NCBI RefSeq assembly: GCF_024521635.1
Contig: NW_026250403.1
Location: 1,240,001-1,304,000, forward strand
Direction: 5' to 3'
Source: Tricharina praecox
Lineage: Eukaryota
Length of the DNA: 64,000 bases
Below are positions 1-13,000 of this stretch, piece by piece (position 1 is the first letter of the stretch; each line of letters opens with the position of its first letter). The notes beneath the pieces were generated by a model, which was not told where the DNA came from, made no database searches, and saw nothing but the letters and a program-made list of their open reading frames with translations. The translations under genes were made by a program, and so were the position numbers.

Positions 1-726
1 ACAGCACCCAGTAGTGCGCGGAGTTCTTGAAGATGTTCGTCGCCGGCATCGTCGCAGCGCTGAAGCGGTGCACGCACACGGTCTCGTACTCACGCTTCAG
101 GAAGTGCAGCGTGCAGAGGGTGCACAGCACCAGCTGCGTGGTCGTCGGCGCGGGGATGAGCGCCGTGGAAGAGGACGCGTTGAACGGGAGGTAGCTAAGC
201 GGGTTGTACGCCGACGCGGAGTAGATGAGCGGGCGGAGGTAGAGGAACAGCGGATGGATCAGCAGCGGGCCGAGGTACTCGACGATGAAGACGGTGCGCC
301 AGGCGATCTGGGGGCCTATCCATATCCACATCCTCAATTAGCGCCCACTTACCCACACACACACATTATCACACCAGTCCCGTAGTAAACCTACCGAGAT
401 CCTTAACAAAGATCTGACTGCCATTGCGGAGTCCCGTTTCCTCGATGGTCACGAGCTTTCCGTCGTCCCGCTTGAGCGAAACGGGCCGTCCATCACTGCC
501 CTTGGTGATCCGCAGACGGTTCTGGTTCAGCCGCGTGTGCTTCGCGATCTGCTCGTACAGCGCCGTCGTGCTCGCTGTGGACAGATCGAAGTCCAGCGTC
601 TCCGGAAGATTCTTGAGCGGCCGGCCTGTGGCAGCGTTAATATCGAAACCCTCCCCCACCACCTACTCCTCCGAAACAGAGAGTATAGTTACCTCTAGGC
701 TTGATGTTGAGCGAGATCATTGCCAT
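1..726 (-). CDS. TSC13: Very-long-chain enoyl-CoA reductase (Tsc13/TECR), 3' end runs off the window; exons 726-693, 625-395, 315-<1
   Basis: Spliced translation MAMISLNIKPRGRPLKNLP...GSQIFVKDLGPQIAWRTVFIVEYLGPLLIH...HFLKREYETVCVHRFSAATMPATNIFKNSAHYW contains the Tsc13/TECR hallmarks KDLGPQI-W--VF--EY-GP and ET--VHRFS-ATMP--NIFKNS-HYW. GT-AG introns at 692-626 and 394-316 keep the frame. Confidence 0.95.
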
Positions 727-1640
727 TGCTGCTGTTGTTGCTGTTATCGTTTTCGTCGTTTTCGTTTTCGTCGTTGGCAAATAAGTATCTCGAAATATGA
801 ATTGGGAGTTTCTCAATCCGCAGCGTAAGTAGCCTGAACCTGACGGAAAGATGTCAAAGAAATAGATAGATTGCACGTTGCAATCTCTCAACAAAAACGG
901 CAATTGGGGGCTTGGCACGGGTCGGTACCCCTCCGTCAGTCGTGACTCGTCAGCCGTGACCGCGTCGGCCCAGATATGATACCTTACGCGCGGAATGTGC
1001 CATGTGCAGCGAGTGAGAACCGCAGAGATACCTATCAAAGAGTGACAATGCGGTTACATTCGGACTTACTACATACAGGCCAGGCTGGCACGGAATTCAT
1101 CAAGTACTTTATCCAGTCGAAGCAAAAGCGGAACCAGAAGCAAACAAAAATGGGTACCCACCCTTTGATCCAAGGCGTACCTTCGCAGCCATTATACACG
1201 CCCTCAAAATCCCGGAGGAACATTCCTCCATCCAAAAGTTATGGAAAAGTTATGGGACTCGTGTTCGTATGTTCGTAAGTACCGAACCTACATCATTTTT
1301 GTTCTTACTTACACAGCCACTTTAGCCAGTCTCGGGCACATCGTTCGAATAGCCATCGTTCAAACCGCCGAGTATCGGAACACAGTAAAAATACAACTTT
1401 ATGTATCCACAGATCTCACCATCCATGGCCGAGTATAATGTCCAAGATCAAAGGGTCATAGTACAAGCGCAAGTAGTGACACAGAGGGAGAAAAGCAAAG
1501 CAAAGCGAATCAATAAGCGAATCAAAGGTCGAGATATATAGTCCACACGCACGCACACGCCAAGAATAAGAATATCCAGCAAAGCAAAGCAAAACAAAAA
1601 GCAATGTTCCAATCAATCAATCAGATCAGATCAAGTGAAG

Positions 1641-1690
1641 AAAAGAAAAGAAAAGAAAAGAAAAGAAAAGAAAAGAAAAGAAAAGAAAAG
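1641..1690 (+). repeat. (AAAAG)10 pentanucleotide microsatellite in the 3' region of the LAM gene
   Basis: Ten perfect AAAAG copies read directly from the sequence. Confidence 0.97.
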
Positions 1691-1764
1691 CCACAGAGCG
1701 CCGTATTGGTACGAAACGAAAAAGAACTTATCAAATGAAAAAACCAAAAGCACCTATCCGCTAG

Positions 1765-4700
1765 TTATCTCAGTTCCTTTTTGTCCACCTCAAGCTGCTC
1801 CTCCTCGGCTGCCACTGCCACTGGGACGGCCGTAGACGACGCCTTCTTTTCGCTCATGATGCGCTCCATCATCTCGACACGTTCCTTGAGCACACCGAGG
1901 GCCTCCTCAACCTGGAGGTCCTTCATGGCGGCGCCGGCAGTCTTGACGCGGAACGACTTCTCGAAAGCTTTCTGGCGGATATCCTGCTGGCGCATGCTCG
2001 GAATACGGTCTAGGCCCGCGCGGTCCTCGAGCCATTCCCACAGGCCCTCCTCCTCGTGTCGCCATCGGTCATCCCATCGGTCTGGTGCGTAGGATCCGCC
2101 GGGGCGCGCGAGGCCGGCGGCTGCTGGTGTGCCGCCGCCGCGGAGCCGGGTGGCGACTATCCATGTTACCAGTATCGTGACCACGACCAGACCGAAGTTG
2201 GCGGGTAGCAGTGGGCCGAGGATGTCGGTTATAGGACTAAATATTGGCTTGAGTATCTCGAGTGGTCCCCAGGAGTCGTTGGCTGGAGTGGCCGCAGCGG
2301 TGGTCGTAGCAGGTCTAGTGGCAGCGCCTCCAGTCCCGGTATCTTTTCTACGCCTGCCCTTGCCTCCCTTCCCTCCCTTCCCTCCTGCGGCAATCGCCCG
2401 TTTGGGGACAATCTCCCTCTTCAAGCACATAAGCAGCGTCTTATTGTACGCAATCTGACCGTCGCTGGCACCTTTCTCAATTGGACCTGTTCACGCGTCA
2501 GCAATTATCCGTAGTGGGATCTGCAATAGAGGGAGAGCCAAACCCTTAATCCAACTCTTTCCGGTCCATTCGACAGTGCAAGTACAAACGAGCCTCGTCG
2601 TATTTCCCTCTGCCCAAGAGAGACAATATCTCGTCTTGACGGAAAACACACCTCCAGATGGAACATCCGGAGTTTGGGTCGATCCAAGGACGCTGACATG
2701 ATCCTCCAAATCGCAGAACTCGATCGTCTCCGTGATGAGACATCTTGTTTTGCTAGGACCAATACCACCAGCCAGAGGCTTGACGTACGAAAATTTCCTG
2801 GTCTTCTTCCCTTCCACGTCATCCCACTCGGCGTTGTTAGGCATATCCAGCTCGAGGATCTTCTCCTCGTCCGTGAGTAAATGACTAATGAAGGGATATG
2901 ACGCGGGTCCGAAAAGAAGGGAATAAATGCGTCCGAGAGGAGCAGGGAGAACTTCGTCGCATAGTATCTTGTCATAGTGCTTGTCGTCATCCCCACAAGC
3001 CGTCGGTGCGTGGGCTTTGGGGCCTGGAAAGTCGACTCCACCGGCAGCAGCTCCGTCGTTACCGGCAGCAGCAGCACCTCCACCACTACCACCACCAAGC
3101 GGCAACTGCGAGGCTTTACGACTTGGGCCCTTGGATGAGGATATGACGGGAACATTATCGACGTCTTCGTACTGGCCATCTCCGGCATCGGTAAACGATT
3201 CACCGAGATCGTCGTCCGTCTCCTCTTCGTACTCGTCGTCGTCCTCATCCCCGCTATCACCTTCGGCTGGGGCTCCATCGAGATGTGCCTCTCCATTGCC
3301 GGCAACTATTTGCGGATGACCGATATTCCACAGACCGAGAATCAGGTCGTAGGTGGAGTCTCGTGATATGAAACTCGCGAAGATATGCCTGGCATGCAGC
3401 GTCTGGATGACGATGGCGTTCGGGAACAGTAACGCGGTACTCTTCTTCTCAACGCTCATAACCTCATCGAAGGAGATAACTAGAGTCGTCACCCAACCGA
3501 GAATGTTCGAGTGGAAACATATGTGGCCTTCGGACACGTACAGTCTTCCCTGTAGCAAAATCTCCTTTTGCAAGGCGCACCCGTAGTCTTCGATGAGATA
3601 GTCATCCTCCGGGACAGACTTGAAGAGATTGTGAAAGTCGCGATTCCGCTTCTTGCTGGCCACAGCGAATCCGGTAGGTCTAGAAACCGGCAGAGCGTAG
3701 CTAGGCTGCTGTGACGCCGCCGAACCTCCGCGCCCTCTTTTCGTTGTCGGCGTCTGATTGCCGCTTCGCACACTGCCAGATCTCTTGCGATCACCCTCGT
3801 AGTTGCCATCCTCGTCGTCGCCCAGTAGCAAGCTATTCCTGTCGGGAGTAACCTCACCTGCAGAGCTGCGAGCTCCAGCCCCCAGCATAGGCGCGTCCTC
3901 AGCGTACGGAGTCCGATGGCTAATCGGGCTGTCGTTGGCCATCTCGAAACTGCCGTGTGCCGTCGCCGCGGAATTTGGGACCGATTGCGCCCCGTCTCCG
4001 AATGCATTGTCTCCACTTCGCGGTCCTGACAGTCTGGTCGCGGAAGCTTGCGCACCGTCCATCTGTGTGGTCGGCTGGGGATCCGGAACGATGCCCAAAG
4101 TTGCAAGATTCAGTTCGCCCTTCCCCAAAGTTTTGATCGCAGGTTCTCTCTCCGGTACTTGTGCCCCCTCTTGGACCGAAGCTGCCGTGGTTGAAGCGCC
4201 TCCTTTCGATCCGTCGGAGTCGCCTGTCGCACTTCGCGGTCGGATACCGGTATTGTTCGCGAGGTTGATGGGGATGGCGTTCGTCAAGCCGGTAGCGGCA
4301 TTCTGTGCGGCCGAGAACATCGTTTGAAAGAATCCGCCTCCTGCACCGTTGTTGTTGTTGGGGATGTTTCCGTTATAGCTGTCCTGGGTTACGCCGCCCT
4401 CGCTGACAATGCTCTGCGAGAGCTTGCTAGGGGTATTGCTAAGCGAGCCTGCGCGACTTCGCCTTCCGTTCGTTCCGTTGACGACAGCACCGACCGGACT
4501 CTTCGGCGGGAAGTGAGAGCCACCTTCGGTCGGAGTAGGCGGCGTAACGGTGGTCTGTGGGGCGTTGGCAGGATCATCCTGAACGATAGCTACAGGAGGA
4601 AAGTTCAGACCTCCAGACCTTCTGCGATCGTCGCCGACGACGTGGCCCAGAACTGGAACATCGCTGGCGTTCGAAGTACTGACCGACATGCGCCCGGTAC

Positions 4701-5553
4701 GGCGAGTACGATCCTGTGAGGGGCGAGATTCTCCGGCAGAGGTAGCTGGACGTGCGTCTGAGGGGGAGGTGGCGGCGGTAACTTTCTTTCCGGATCGAGC
4801 GGCGGGAGGAGGGGCGGCCATAGGAGAGGTACTTCGCCTACTGAAGAGTTTGGGCCTATTGGGACTCTTGGGGGTGCCCGTCGGCATGGATAGGAATGGT
4901 TTCGATCGATTGTTTTGCGTACTGTAAGGTTGGTCAACATCAATCAGTATTCTCCCGGAAACGTGGACCCTTCCCACCCCCCCACCCTCCCCCTCGACCT
5001 CCTCCATCTCGTCATCCTTCCCTCAGTCCCCACCCTTTGTCCTTATCCCGCTCCCCTCCCTCCCCCCATCTGATACCCAGGATGTAATAACGTCACCGGG
5101 GAAAAGCAAGCTACGGGACGATTGTGGTACTTACTCGTGCTCGTCGTCATTGTTGTTACCCTCATCGTCCTCGTACACGTTCCGGGCGGCGTCCACGTCA
5201 CCATGAGCCCCGTCCTCTCCGCCTAGCTCGTCTATGCTACCTATCGAATTGCTGGAGCTCGGATTCTCGGCCCTGACCGTCTTCCGCCCGAAAACACTCT
5301 TAACTCCGGTGGGCTTCCTCGGGTCGCCGGCGGCGGTGAGGCTCTCGACGCTGCCGTTGCCGCCGCTGCCGAGCGACGCCAGGGAGGTGGTCGACGGCGA
5401 GCCACCCAGATTGACATTCGATTTCTTCTTGCGACTAAACAGGCCGCGCTTGGCAGTGCTTCCATCTCCTGCCGTTGTTGGCGGCGACTGCGGGATTGTC
5501 GGAGTGTTGGTGTAGGCGGATGTTGACTGGTGGAGAACGTCGGCGGATGACAT
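1765..5553 (-). CDS. LAM/Ltc/Ysp2-family membrane-anchored sterol transfer protein (GRAM + VASt/StART-like + C-terminal TM), ~1172 aa; exons 5553-5135, 4921-2544, 2486-1765
   Basis: GRAM domain KRNRDFHNLFKSVPEDDYLIEDYGCALQKEILLQGRLYVSEGHICFHSNILGW; VASt segment TQTPDVPSGGVFSVKTRYCLSW...WTGKSWIKGPIEKG; hydrophobic TM FGLVVVTILVTWIV. Introns 5134-4922 and 2543-2487 join three ORFs in frame. Confidence 0.92.
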
Positions 5554-7029
5554 GTCTCAGCCGCTTTAAGTGTCCCTCTCCCGCGCGCGGCTGTCTCTCT
5601 CTCTATCTTTCTCTTCTCTTTCTCTCTCCTCTTTTATTTTTCCTGCTTCCTGGCCGCGATCGCGAGCTGGGGAGGGGGCTGGAAGCTCAACGGGATATTG
5701 CTGTTCTCGGATACTTCCTCGTTCTCGCGCGATCGATACTGGGATATGCTTGGGATATGAAGTGTGTGCGAACGTGGCAAAGTGGACAGATTGTAAGTTG
5801 ATTGCAAAGAGTGTGAATGAGTGACGGATTGCTCGATATAGGGATACAGAGGCGGAGTATGGTATGCAGTAGCAGTAGTAGCAGGTGTAGGGAGTACTCG
5901 GGCTATGTACTCTATCTAGCAGAACATTGGTGCAGATGAGGTCGAGTAGTGGAGTAGTGGTCGCGAGGATGAGTTGAGGTGAGTGCGCGTAATGCCGGCA
6001 GTGCAAGCAATACAGGTAGGCAGCAGCAGCAGGAATCAGGAAAGTATGGAGGTGTAGACGAGGGGGAATACGAGCCCTAAGTCAGCAAGAATAATAGGGA
6101 GTGCGATGGTGGTGGAGACGGGGGCGTGCGGAGCGGAAAGCAAGAATATCCCGGGGGTTCGGTGCACTGGTGTCTCCGCTCCGGCCCTCTTTTTCTCCAA
6201 CACTCTGTTCTATCTTTAAGCCCGGTCGGCTTGCGTTTGTGGCGAGCTGGGACGGTTGGGGAAATGTTCGGTATGGTTCCTAATGAGATGCCACTATTTG
6301 GGGTCGGAGAACTCTTGAAGGATATAAAGTGTTTGGGCTAGGCTGGAGACGACTAGCTGCCGCTATGAACTTGGCTGGGGCCACAAAGAAGGGGAAACGA
6401 AGGAGACGAAGCGACGACGGAAGAAGCGACGGAAGACGAAGAGAAGCTGAAGACGAAAAGGAAGACGAAGGCGCGAGAGGGCCCGGGATCTGACCGTGTG
6501 ATTGTTTGTGGCCGAATAAGAACACGAAGGCCACTGACTACTATCTACGAGTATATTGAAGAGACTCCAGCATTGGACACACTTGAATGCCCATTGCCCC
6601 GAACCCGCCTGCCGCGGAATATCTACTAGTAGTCCAGACTGCAGAGCTACCGGGTAGAGCTCGATCAACCACCCCCCACCACACCCACAGCCACCGAGCA
6701 CACCGAGTTTGCAAGGGACAGGAACTCTGCTCTGAAAGGCATCGATACGGATACGCATAATATAGAGTATTCATCCTCCATATTGGGACCCCAACCCGGC
6801 ATCTCCACATCGCACACAAACCAAACCGAAACGAAAGCCCAGCCAGCTCCACGAACCCTGACCGTGTCCCGTGCTTACTAGCTACCTGCCCCGCACCGTC
6901 CCACAGCTCCTACAGCTCGCAACAGCTCGTGGAAAGAGCCCACGGACAAGAGAGAGACGGAAAGACGGCGAGACGGAGAGAGACAAATAGACGGAGAGAG
7001 ACGGAGAAAAATAGAGCCGAGAAATAGAG

Positions 7030-8693
7030 ATGGAAGGCTCACCGCTGACACTCGTAAGTCCGGCCTGCTCTCTGTCCATTTGCTGCCGGGACGCATGCGA
7101 ACGGTCCCTTACCTTCCTCGTGCACTCTAGGCCCACCAATACGCGTCGCAAGCCTCGAACATCCTCAGCTCATCGTCGCCGCCCCACAGCTCGCGCACCC
7201 TCGCTGATGCCGCCTCCGCACACGCGCTCGCCGCGACCTCGTTCGCGTCGGCCACAAAAGTCACCCGCGACCCGGAGGCACGTCGCACGCTCGAGCTTCT
7301 AGTCCGCGAGCACGAGCGGTGGGCGGAACGGTTGCGACGGCAGGCCGAGCTTCCGGCCCCGCTGGAGACGGTCGCCGAGGGCAGCGGGAGTGAGAGCGAA
7401 TCCACATCCGCCGCCGGCAGCGTCGCTACCGAGGACCACACACGGAGGAGAGATCGGGACAAGGACGCGCCGGCACTGCCATCGTACCCCTTCGCGAACA
7501 CCTCCGGCACGCCCCACTACCCCGCCCGTCTCCAGAAATCCACCTCCTCCCTCGCCACCAACCTTGCGTCCGCGCGCGGGATCCCGCAGGTTCGGGGTAG
7601 CACACCGGGTACGGGCACGCCGGGCACATCATCGCCGTCCGCGAGTTCCCGCCGCCGACGCCCACCAGCACTGCACCCGCCATCGTCCGATTCCGCCAAA
7701 CCCACCACCAACCCACTGACGCTCCTCCCACCCGACCAGCCCGCTCCCTCCTCCCCCACGAGCGCCGCCTCCCACGACGCATCATTCTCAAAGTTCTACT
7801 CCTCGCTCAACTCTCTCATCACCCGCATCGGCAGCCCGTTCACTGCGTCCCTGGCATTCACCGGCCTCCCCGTCGGCACCGGCCCAAACGACAACGAGAT
7901 CACCCCCGATGTCCTGCCAAAAGGCTGGACGCAAGGGCGGGGGCGCGGCCGCAACCTCCTCGACAACCTCAGCAGCGGCGGCGGCGAGAGCTTCTACGTG
8001 GTGCCGTACTCCGGTGGCACGATGTCCTACGCAGGCGTAGTCCGGCGGGACTCGAACGAAGACACGGAGAAAGACAAGCTTCCCCGGCGCTCACGGGTGC
8101 CGCCCCCGCCGCAATCCTCATCGCCCACGCCGTCGTCGCGCGACGAGGAAACGGCGCGCTTCGCGGGCCATGACAAGACGCTCGAGGAGCTGCAGCTGGA
8201 AAACGTCACGCTGCGCCGCACGCTCGAGCAGCTCTCGCGCAACATGAACAAGTGGCAGCGCAAGACGCGCGAGGGCGAAAAGGAGCTCAAGTCCAGCATC
8301 ATGGCGCTCTCGCGCACTCCCGCGGGTGCGGACATACTCTCCCAGGCGCAGCGAAGGAGCTGGTTGCATCTGCCCACTACTACTACCAACGTCGCCGCGG
8401 ATGATGATGATGATGATGCAGATACGGATACGTATAGCGAGGGTAGAAGGATTGGCGAGTTGGAGCTTGTCAAGGAGGAGGCGAGAGAGCGCGTCGAAGA
8501 GATGGATGAGCATGTTAGGGCGCTGCAGAGGGAGCTAAGAGAGAGGGACGCGGAGATCGAGAGAGTTGTTAGGGATAATGAGAAGCTCAGGGATGCCGTT
8601 GGGAGATACCGTGAGAAGTGGGACACCCTTAAGGAGGGCGCGAAGAAGAGGGAGAGGAACGGGAAGATGGTGGGGAGTGGCGGGAACGAGTGA
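7030..8693 (+). CDS. Conserved fungal N-terminal MIT-like / C-terminal coiled-coil protein, probably Atg38/NRBF2-like, ~528 aa; exons 7030-7053, 7131-8693
   Basis: MEGSPLTL is followed by an intron (7054-7130, GTAAGT...TAG) and then AHQYASQA...HALAATSFASATK...EARRTLELLVREH (helical, MIT-like). It also has an ESFYVVP-SGGT-SYA motif and a C-terminal NEKLRDAVGRYREKWDTLKEGAKKR resembling the Atg38 tail. The orthology is my inference. Confidence 0.7.
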
Positions 8694-9161
8694 TGATGGT
8701 TGCTCGCGGGGGGGCTCATGGACATTATTTTGATTTTGCGCTGTTTCTTTGCTTTGATTCGCTTTGGCCGGTGTTGGGACGACGACATGTTATACGTAGG
8801 GCGTTTGTTTCCCGCTGCGAGGTGGTTCACCACGGTGCTCCGCAAGGTGCATTGGTCTCTGGTCGGCCGCACCTGGGCACTCTGTTCATCTTTTGGCATA
8901 GAATACACATTCTAGAATTTAGCTGTATGTATTCGACTGCTGAATAAATATGAGATTCACTTGTGGGGGTTCTCTGAGATATAATGAACCCGCCGAGGTA
9001 TTTACTCGCTCTCCGGGGGGGCCTCTCAACTTATGGAGTCACTCCAGTGGTTTTACTCTGATCAAGACGTCTGCTCTGCAAACCCACACCGCCACACAGT
9101 CCCCGAAGTGCTGCCATGTACCAGTCGGGGAGGGGAGGTGGGAATATGGAGAACTTCCATC

Positions 9162-9412
9162 CAGTCTTCTACATAGGTAGTCCAGTCCAGTCCAGTCCGT
9201 CCAGACCCATGGACTACATACCTACCTCATACATACAGTCCGTCCGTCCGGAGGTGTGAGTTGAACGGACTGGTCCAGCGAAACGGCGGACGGGACGGGA
9301 CGGACGGGACGGACTAGGTAGGTACCTTTATCCCGTCCTCCAAAAGGAACGGACGGGACTGGACGGGACTGGAATTATCCCGTCCAGTCGGTCCGGACTA
9401 TGTAGAGTACTG
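9162..9412. mobile_element. Non-autonomous hAT-superfamily MITE (251 bp)
   Basis: Left TIR CAGTCTTCTACATAG (9162-9176) and right TIR CTATGTAGAGTACTG (9398-9412) are 13/15 complementary. A perfect 8-bp direct repeat CTTCCATC lies at 9154-9161 and 9413-9420. The interior is filled with GTCC/GGAC subterminal repeats and has no coding capacity. Confidence 0.88.
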
Positions 9413-10077
9413 CTTCCATCCTCCCCTTCCATCCTCCATCCTCCTCGGGCTGGCTGGGGATGCAGACACCGCCGCCGTGAGTGATCTGCACGTGCATGTG
9501 CACGTCCCGGTGCAACAAAGGCCAGTGTTGGGAGGAGGGGCCTCTAGAAATGAGTTTTGATGCGTTACTCTAACGGCTGCAGAGCATCGGTATTGTGCAG
9601 CCTCCACTCAGCACTCAGCACTCCAGTCAATCACCGCCGTAGCACTCGCAAGTAAGTAGTGAGTTCACTAGGTGCATACTCCACCGGCACTCCACTCGCC
9701 ATGCATCCCCTCGTCCGCCCCCTCGTCCGCCTGCGGGGTCGCGGTGCCGCGGCTATGGCCAGCGGCTACTCTACTCTAGCAACCTACTCCGTAGATCCAC
9801 GCCACCGCCACCGCCAATGATCGGCTTCAGAGTGCGGACGATAGCGGAAACGGAAGCTGGGGCTCGCCACTGCTACTGCTATATACAGCCGCTCGCCCGT
9901 CGCACCAGCTGCTGCAGAGTGTACCGGTACCGGTACCGACAACACTATTGTAGGTACTACCTATGTAGATTTCTTGCGTATCTGAGTACCTATGGAGGTT
10001 TTTATGCATACAGTGCGGGCAGCTCAGCCACATGCTGAGTCCGCGTATTCTTCCCATCCAGAGTGGAGTAGCAAACA

Positions 10078-10096
10078 CCCCCCCCCCCCCCCCCCC
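10078..10096 (+). repeat. Poly-C homopolymer (19 nt)
   Basis: Read directly from the sequence. Confidence 0.95.
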
Positions 10097-13000
10097 ACGC
10101 CATCACCTGCACATTCTGAGAAGGCAATCATGTGTCATAGCGAATCCACCGTGCACTGTGGTGGACACCCCAGTGCCCACTTCTTTTTCTTCTTTTTTGA
10201 TCTGATCATCTTTGCATTCGAGGTAGGTAGTTATCTACAACTTACCAGATGTATCCCGCTTGTCGGGGCGGCTCTTCGTCCACTGGAGGAACTCTACATA
10301 CCTATTGGCCAGTGAGGGAGTATCCTGTCTCCAGCTGGTACATAGCACTGCGCTCCGTCGACTTTTCTGTTTATTCATTGATTGCATGCGGCCATGATCT
10401 AGGAAGATACTAGGTCGTATGCAATCAATGAATGAACAAAAAAGCCGACGGAGCGCCGTTCTATATACCCAGTAGCTAGCATCGTCGAGGAAGAGGGGAA
10501 GGAGGAAGAGGAGGAGAAGGCGCCACCCGCGAGTGATTGTCAGTGAAGCGAACGTGCCACCGATCACGCACGCACACCCACAGGCCCGCCCACCCGCACG
10601 CGCCAAAGGCCGACGGCCGTTAGATTTCGAAGGATCCTGCCTGTCTGCCTGGCTGCCTGCTCCCGGTGCTCGCTTAGGCAACTGTATCTCCGGAGGGTCC
10701 AGGATTTCTCCGTTGACGCCGGACTCCGCTATTATTATAGTATATATAGGGCATCTGGGAGAGGGGCCGAGGTTTGCATGTGCTTTCGTGGGGCGGGAAA
10801 GAAATGGATCGTGATGAAGCTCGAGCACGGATCCGACGGTGATGGCGGTTTGCGTGGCTCGAGCACGGATGCTTTGGACGATAGGTAGACAGGCCTCGCT
10901 AAAAACGACCTTCCTTAGGTATGATGTGTATTCGCTGCCTGTCGTCGGTTCCTTAGCCGTATATTGACGCATCGTGGGTAGAGTGGTAGTGGCACCCGTG
11001 ACCGACGACGACGACGATGATGATGATGCAAACAGTTTTTACCCCTCCGGAGTACATAGCTCGCGGTGGAGCGATGTCATAATGAAATGAAACTGGCCCC
11101 TCAAACACCCATTTGAATTACTGCACAACTCGTCATCAAAGCTAATGGCCAAGTGAGCATCAGTTGACGATTGTTGGACCACTTTCGCAGTCGCTCCAGT
11201 GGGATGCTTTTTGGCATGACCGTATGCAATACCGAAGTAGATACCGTAGCAAGGCCAAATCCACCCTTCAAAGCAACTGCATCCCAAACATCACCACCCA
11301 CAGTACCGTACTAACTTTCCTATCCGCTGCCTCGGATTCCCTATGTATCAATCTTGACGTCGAAGGTGTCAAAACATGGTATTCAAAGCTTCAAATTTCC
11401 TGTCGACTCCTCCGGGCTCTCCGTCAACCTCTCCAAACTGTTTTGTCGAGAGTGGCCACCAAACCTCTCAGCTCCATTTTGATACCCTCGTCCGGAGTCT
11501 TCGCAGTAAACATCCCAGCAAAGTCGTTGGATTTATACATGCCCCCGTGGGTAGATATTGCGGCTAATGCCTTGTCAGGTTGTATGTAACAAAGGCTCAT
11601 CAATCTGTGAGCAGCGGTTGTCACGTCCCGGAACGACCAGAAGGGTTCACATCATCCATACGATGAGACGGATGTTTATCGGTATTCCTTCTCCGAACCA
11701 TTTAACTACTGCCTGGGTAGCACACGGCCATCATCAAACAATAGCAGTAGACTGAGGATTTACCGGAACGGTTGATCCCGAGTACGTGGTGAAAACGTCC
11801 AATAGGGCGGGCCCATTCTGACAAACCGATGTCCGGTGTTATATTTCACCTAGACATGGCCATCTGTTGTATCCAGAAAAGTTGTCAAAGAGCTCCCAAC
11901 CGCCGCGGGTGTCCGCCTGTCGACTGCGGTGTTGTTTTGGTACCATTCGGTGTCACCATCGTGAGTTTTCGTTCATGGTGGTTTCGTTGAGTGATATGTG
12001 CCGGAGTGTGGCCGGTGGGGCGGAGGGAGGGGATAATTTTTCCACGCTGGTGCAAGGGGGGAGGGGAAACGAGAGCCAACCCAAGCCAACCCAAGTCACC
12101 CAACCCTTGCTGGCTGGAGATCATCAGTTCCGGCGATGCGTTCGTCCCGTTTTTAGGTAGGAGCACACAAATTGGCCTCATGTTTTTTTTCCTTTCACAT
12201 GTCAATTGGCCACTGCCAATGCGAATGACGATGCGGCGAGCGGAGCCTCAGAGAAGGAAATGGAGCCGAGTGTTGGTGTAAGCACTTGCGGATTGTAAGA
12301 GAAAGAGAGAGGGGGGGGATGATAAGGAACTGCGGAAGCTAAGTTAGAGTAGGTATGATACATGGACTTCCCGTACGGGGGAGGAGGGGGGAAGATCGAG
12401 GCAACTGTGACCGATAGACAGATAGCAGAGGACAGGGCTGCCTGTTCTTTTAAAGAGCAGCTCGACGGGGTCTTGAAGTTTGTGGTGTGCTGCACGCGAG
12501 CTGCTAGTAGAATAGCAGAGCAGAGCTGCCGACGAGCTTGCAGGACGCAGTGGTCTGGGGGCGAGCATCGAGTAAAGTGCTCTGCATACCGGAACCGTTC
12601 TTGGTCCGGCTATCAGAGTCAGCGGAGCCCTCCCGAGTCACGGCTGGGTAGTGGTTACTCACGAACGGACGCGGAGCCTCTGGAGGCTTGCACAGGGCAG
12701 ATGGGCAGATGAACGGAGTTCTGCGGCAAGAAGAGTCCAATTACCATAGTACCAGGAGATACACCACATACCGGTACACCACATACCGGTACTATCAGAG
12801 GTACCTCCTCACAGCTGCTGAGGTACCCAAGCATGTATTCACCTTCTTCACGTCCGTCCGCATCGAAACCCGGCGCGGATGCATGCGGAGTGGGTGCAGA
12901 GGCCATTGATAAGGCAAAAAGCAGATGCATCGCGAATTCCCCCACCCATGGCCAGCCAGACGCTCAACGACCACGACGACGATCGATCGCCTATCCACCT

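Noticed and set aside
1758..1767. TAA-CTAG readthrough-like context at the LAM stop codon
   Set aside because: The known motif works mainly with TGA, and the extension would run into the (CTTTT)n microsatellite with no targeting signal.
8027..8908. Long antisense ORFs overlapping real genes (e.g. 8027-8908, 22975-23493, 39011-39715, 41206-42006)
   Set aside because: These are expected shadow ORFs of GC-rich coding sequence.
10235..10972. 245-aa minus-strand ORF
   Set aside because: It has no recognisable domain or codon bias and crosses simple repeats; probably a chance ORF in GC-rich intergenic DNA.
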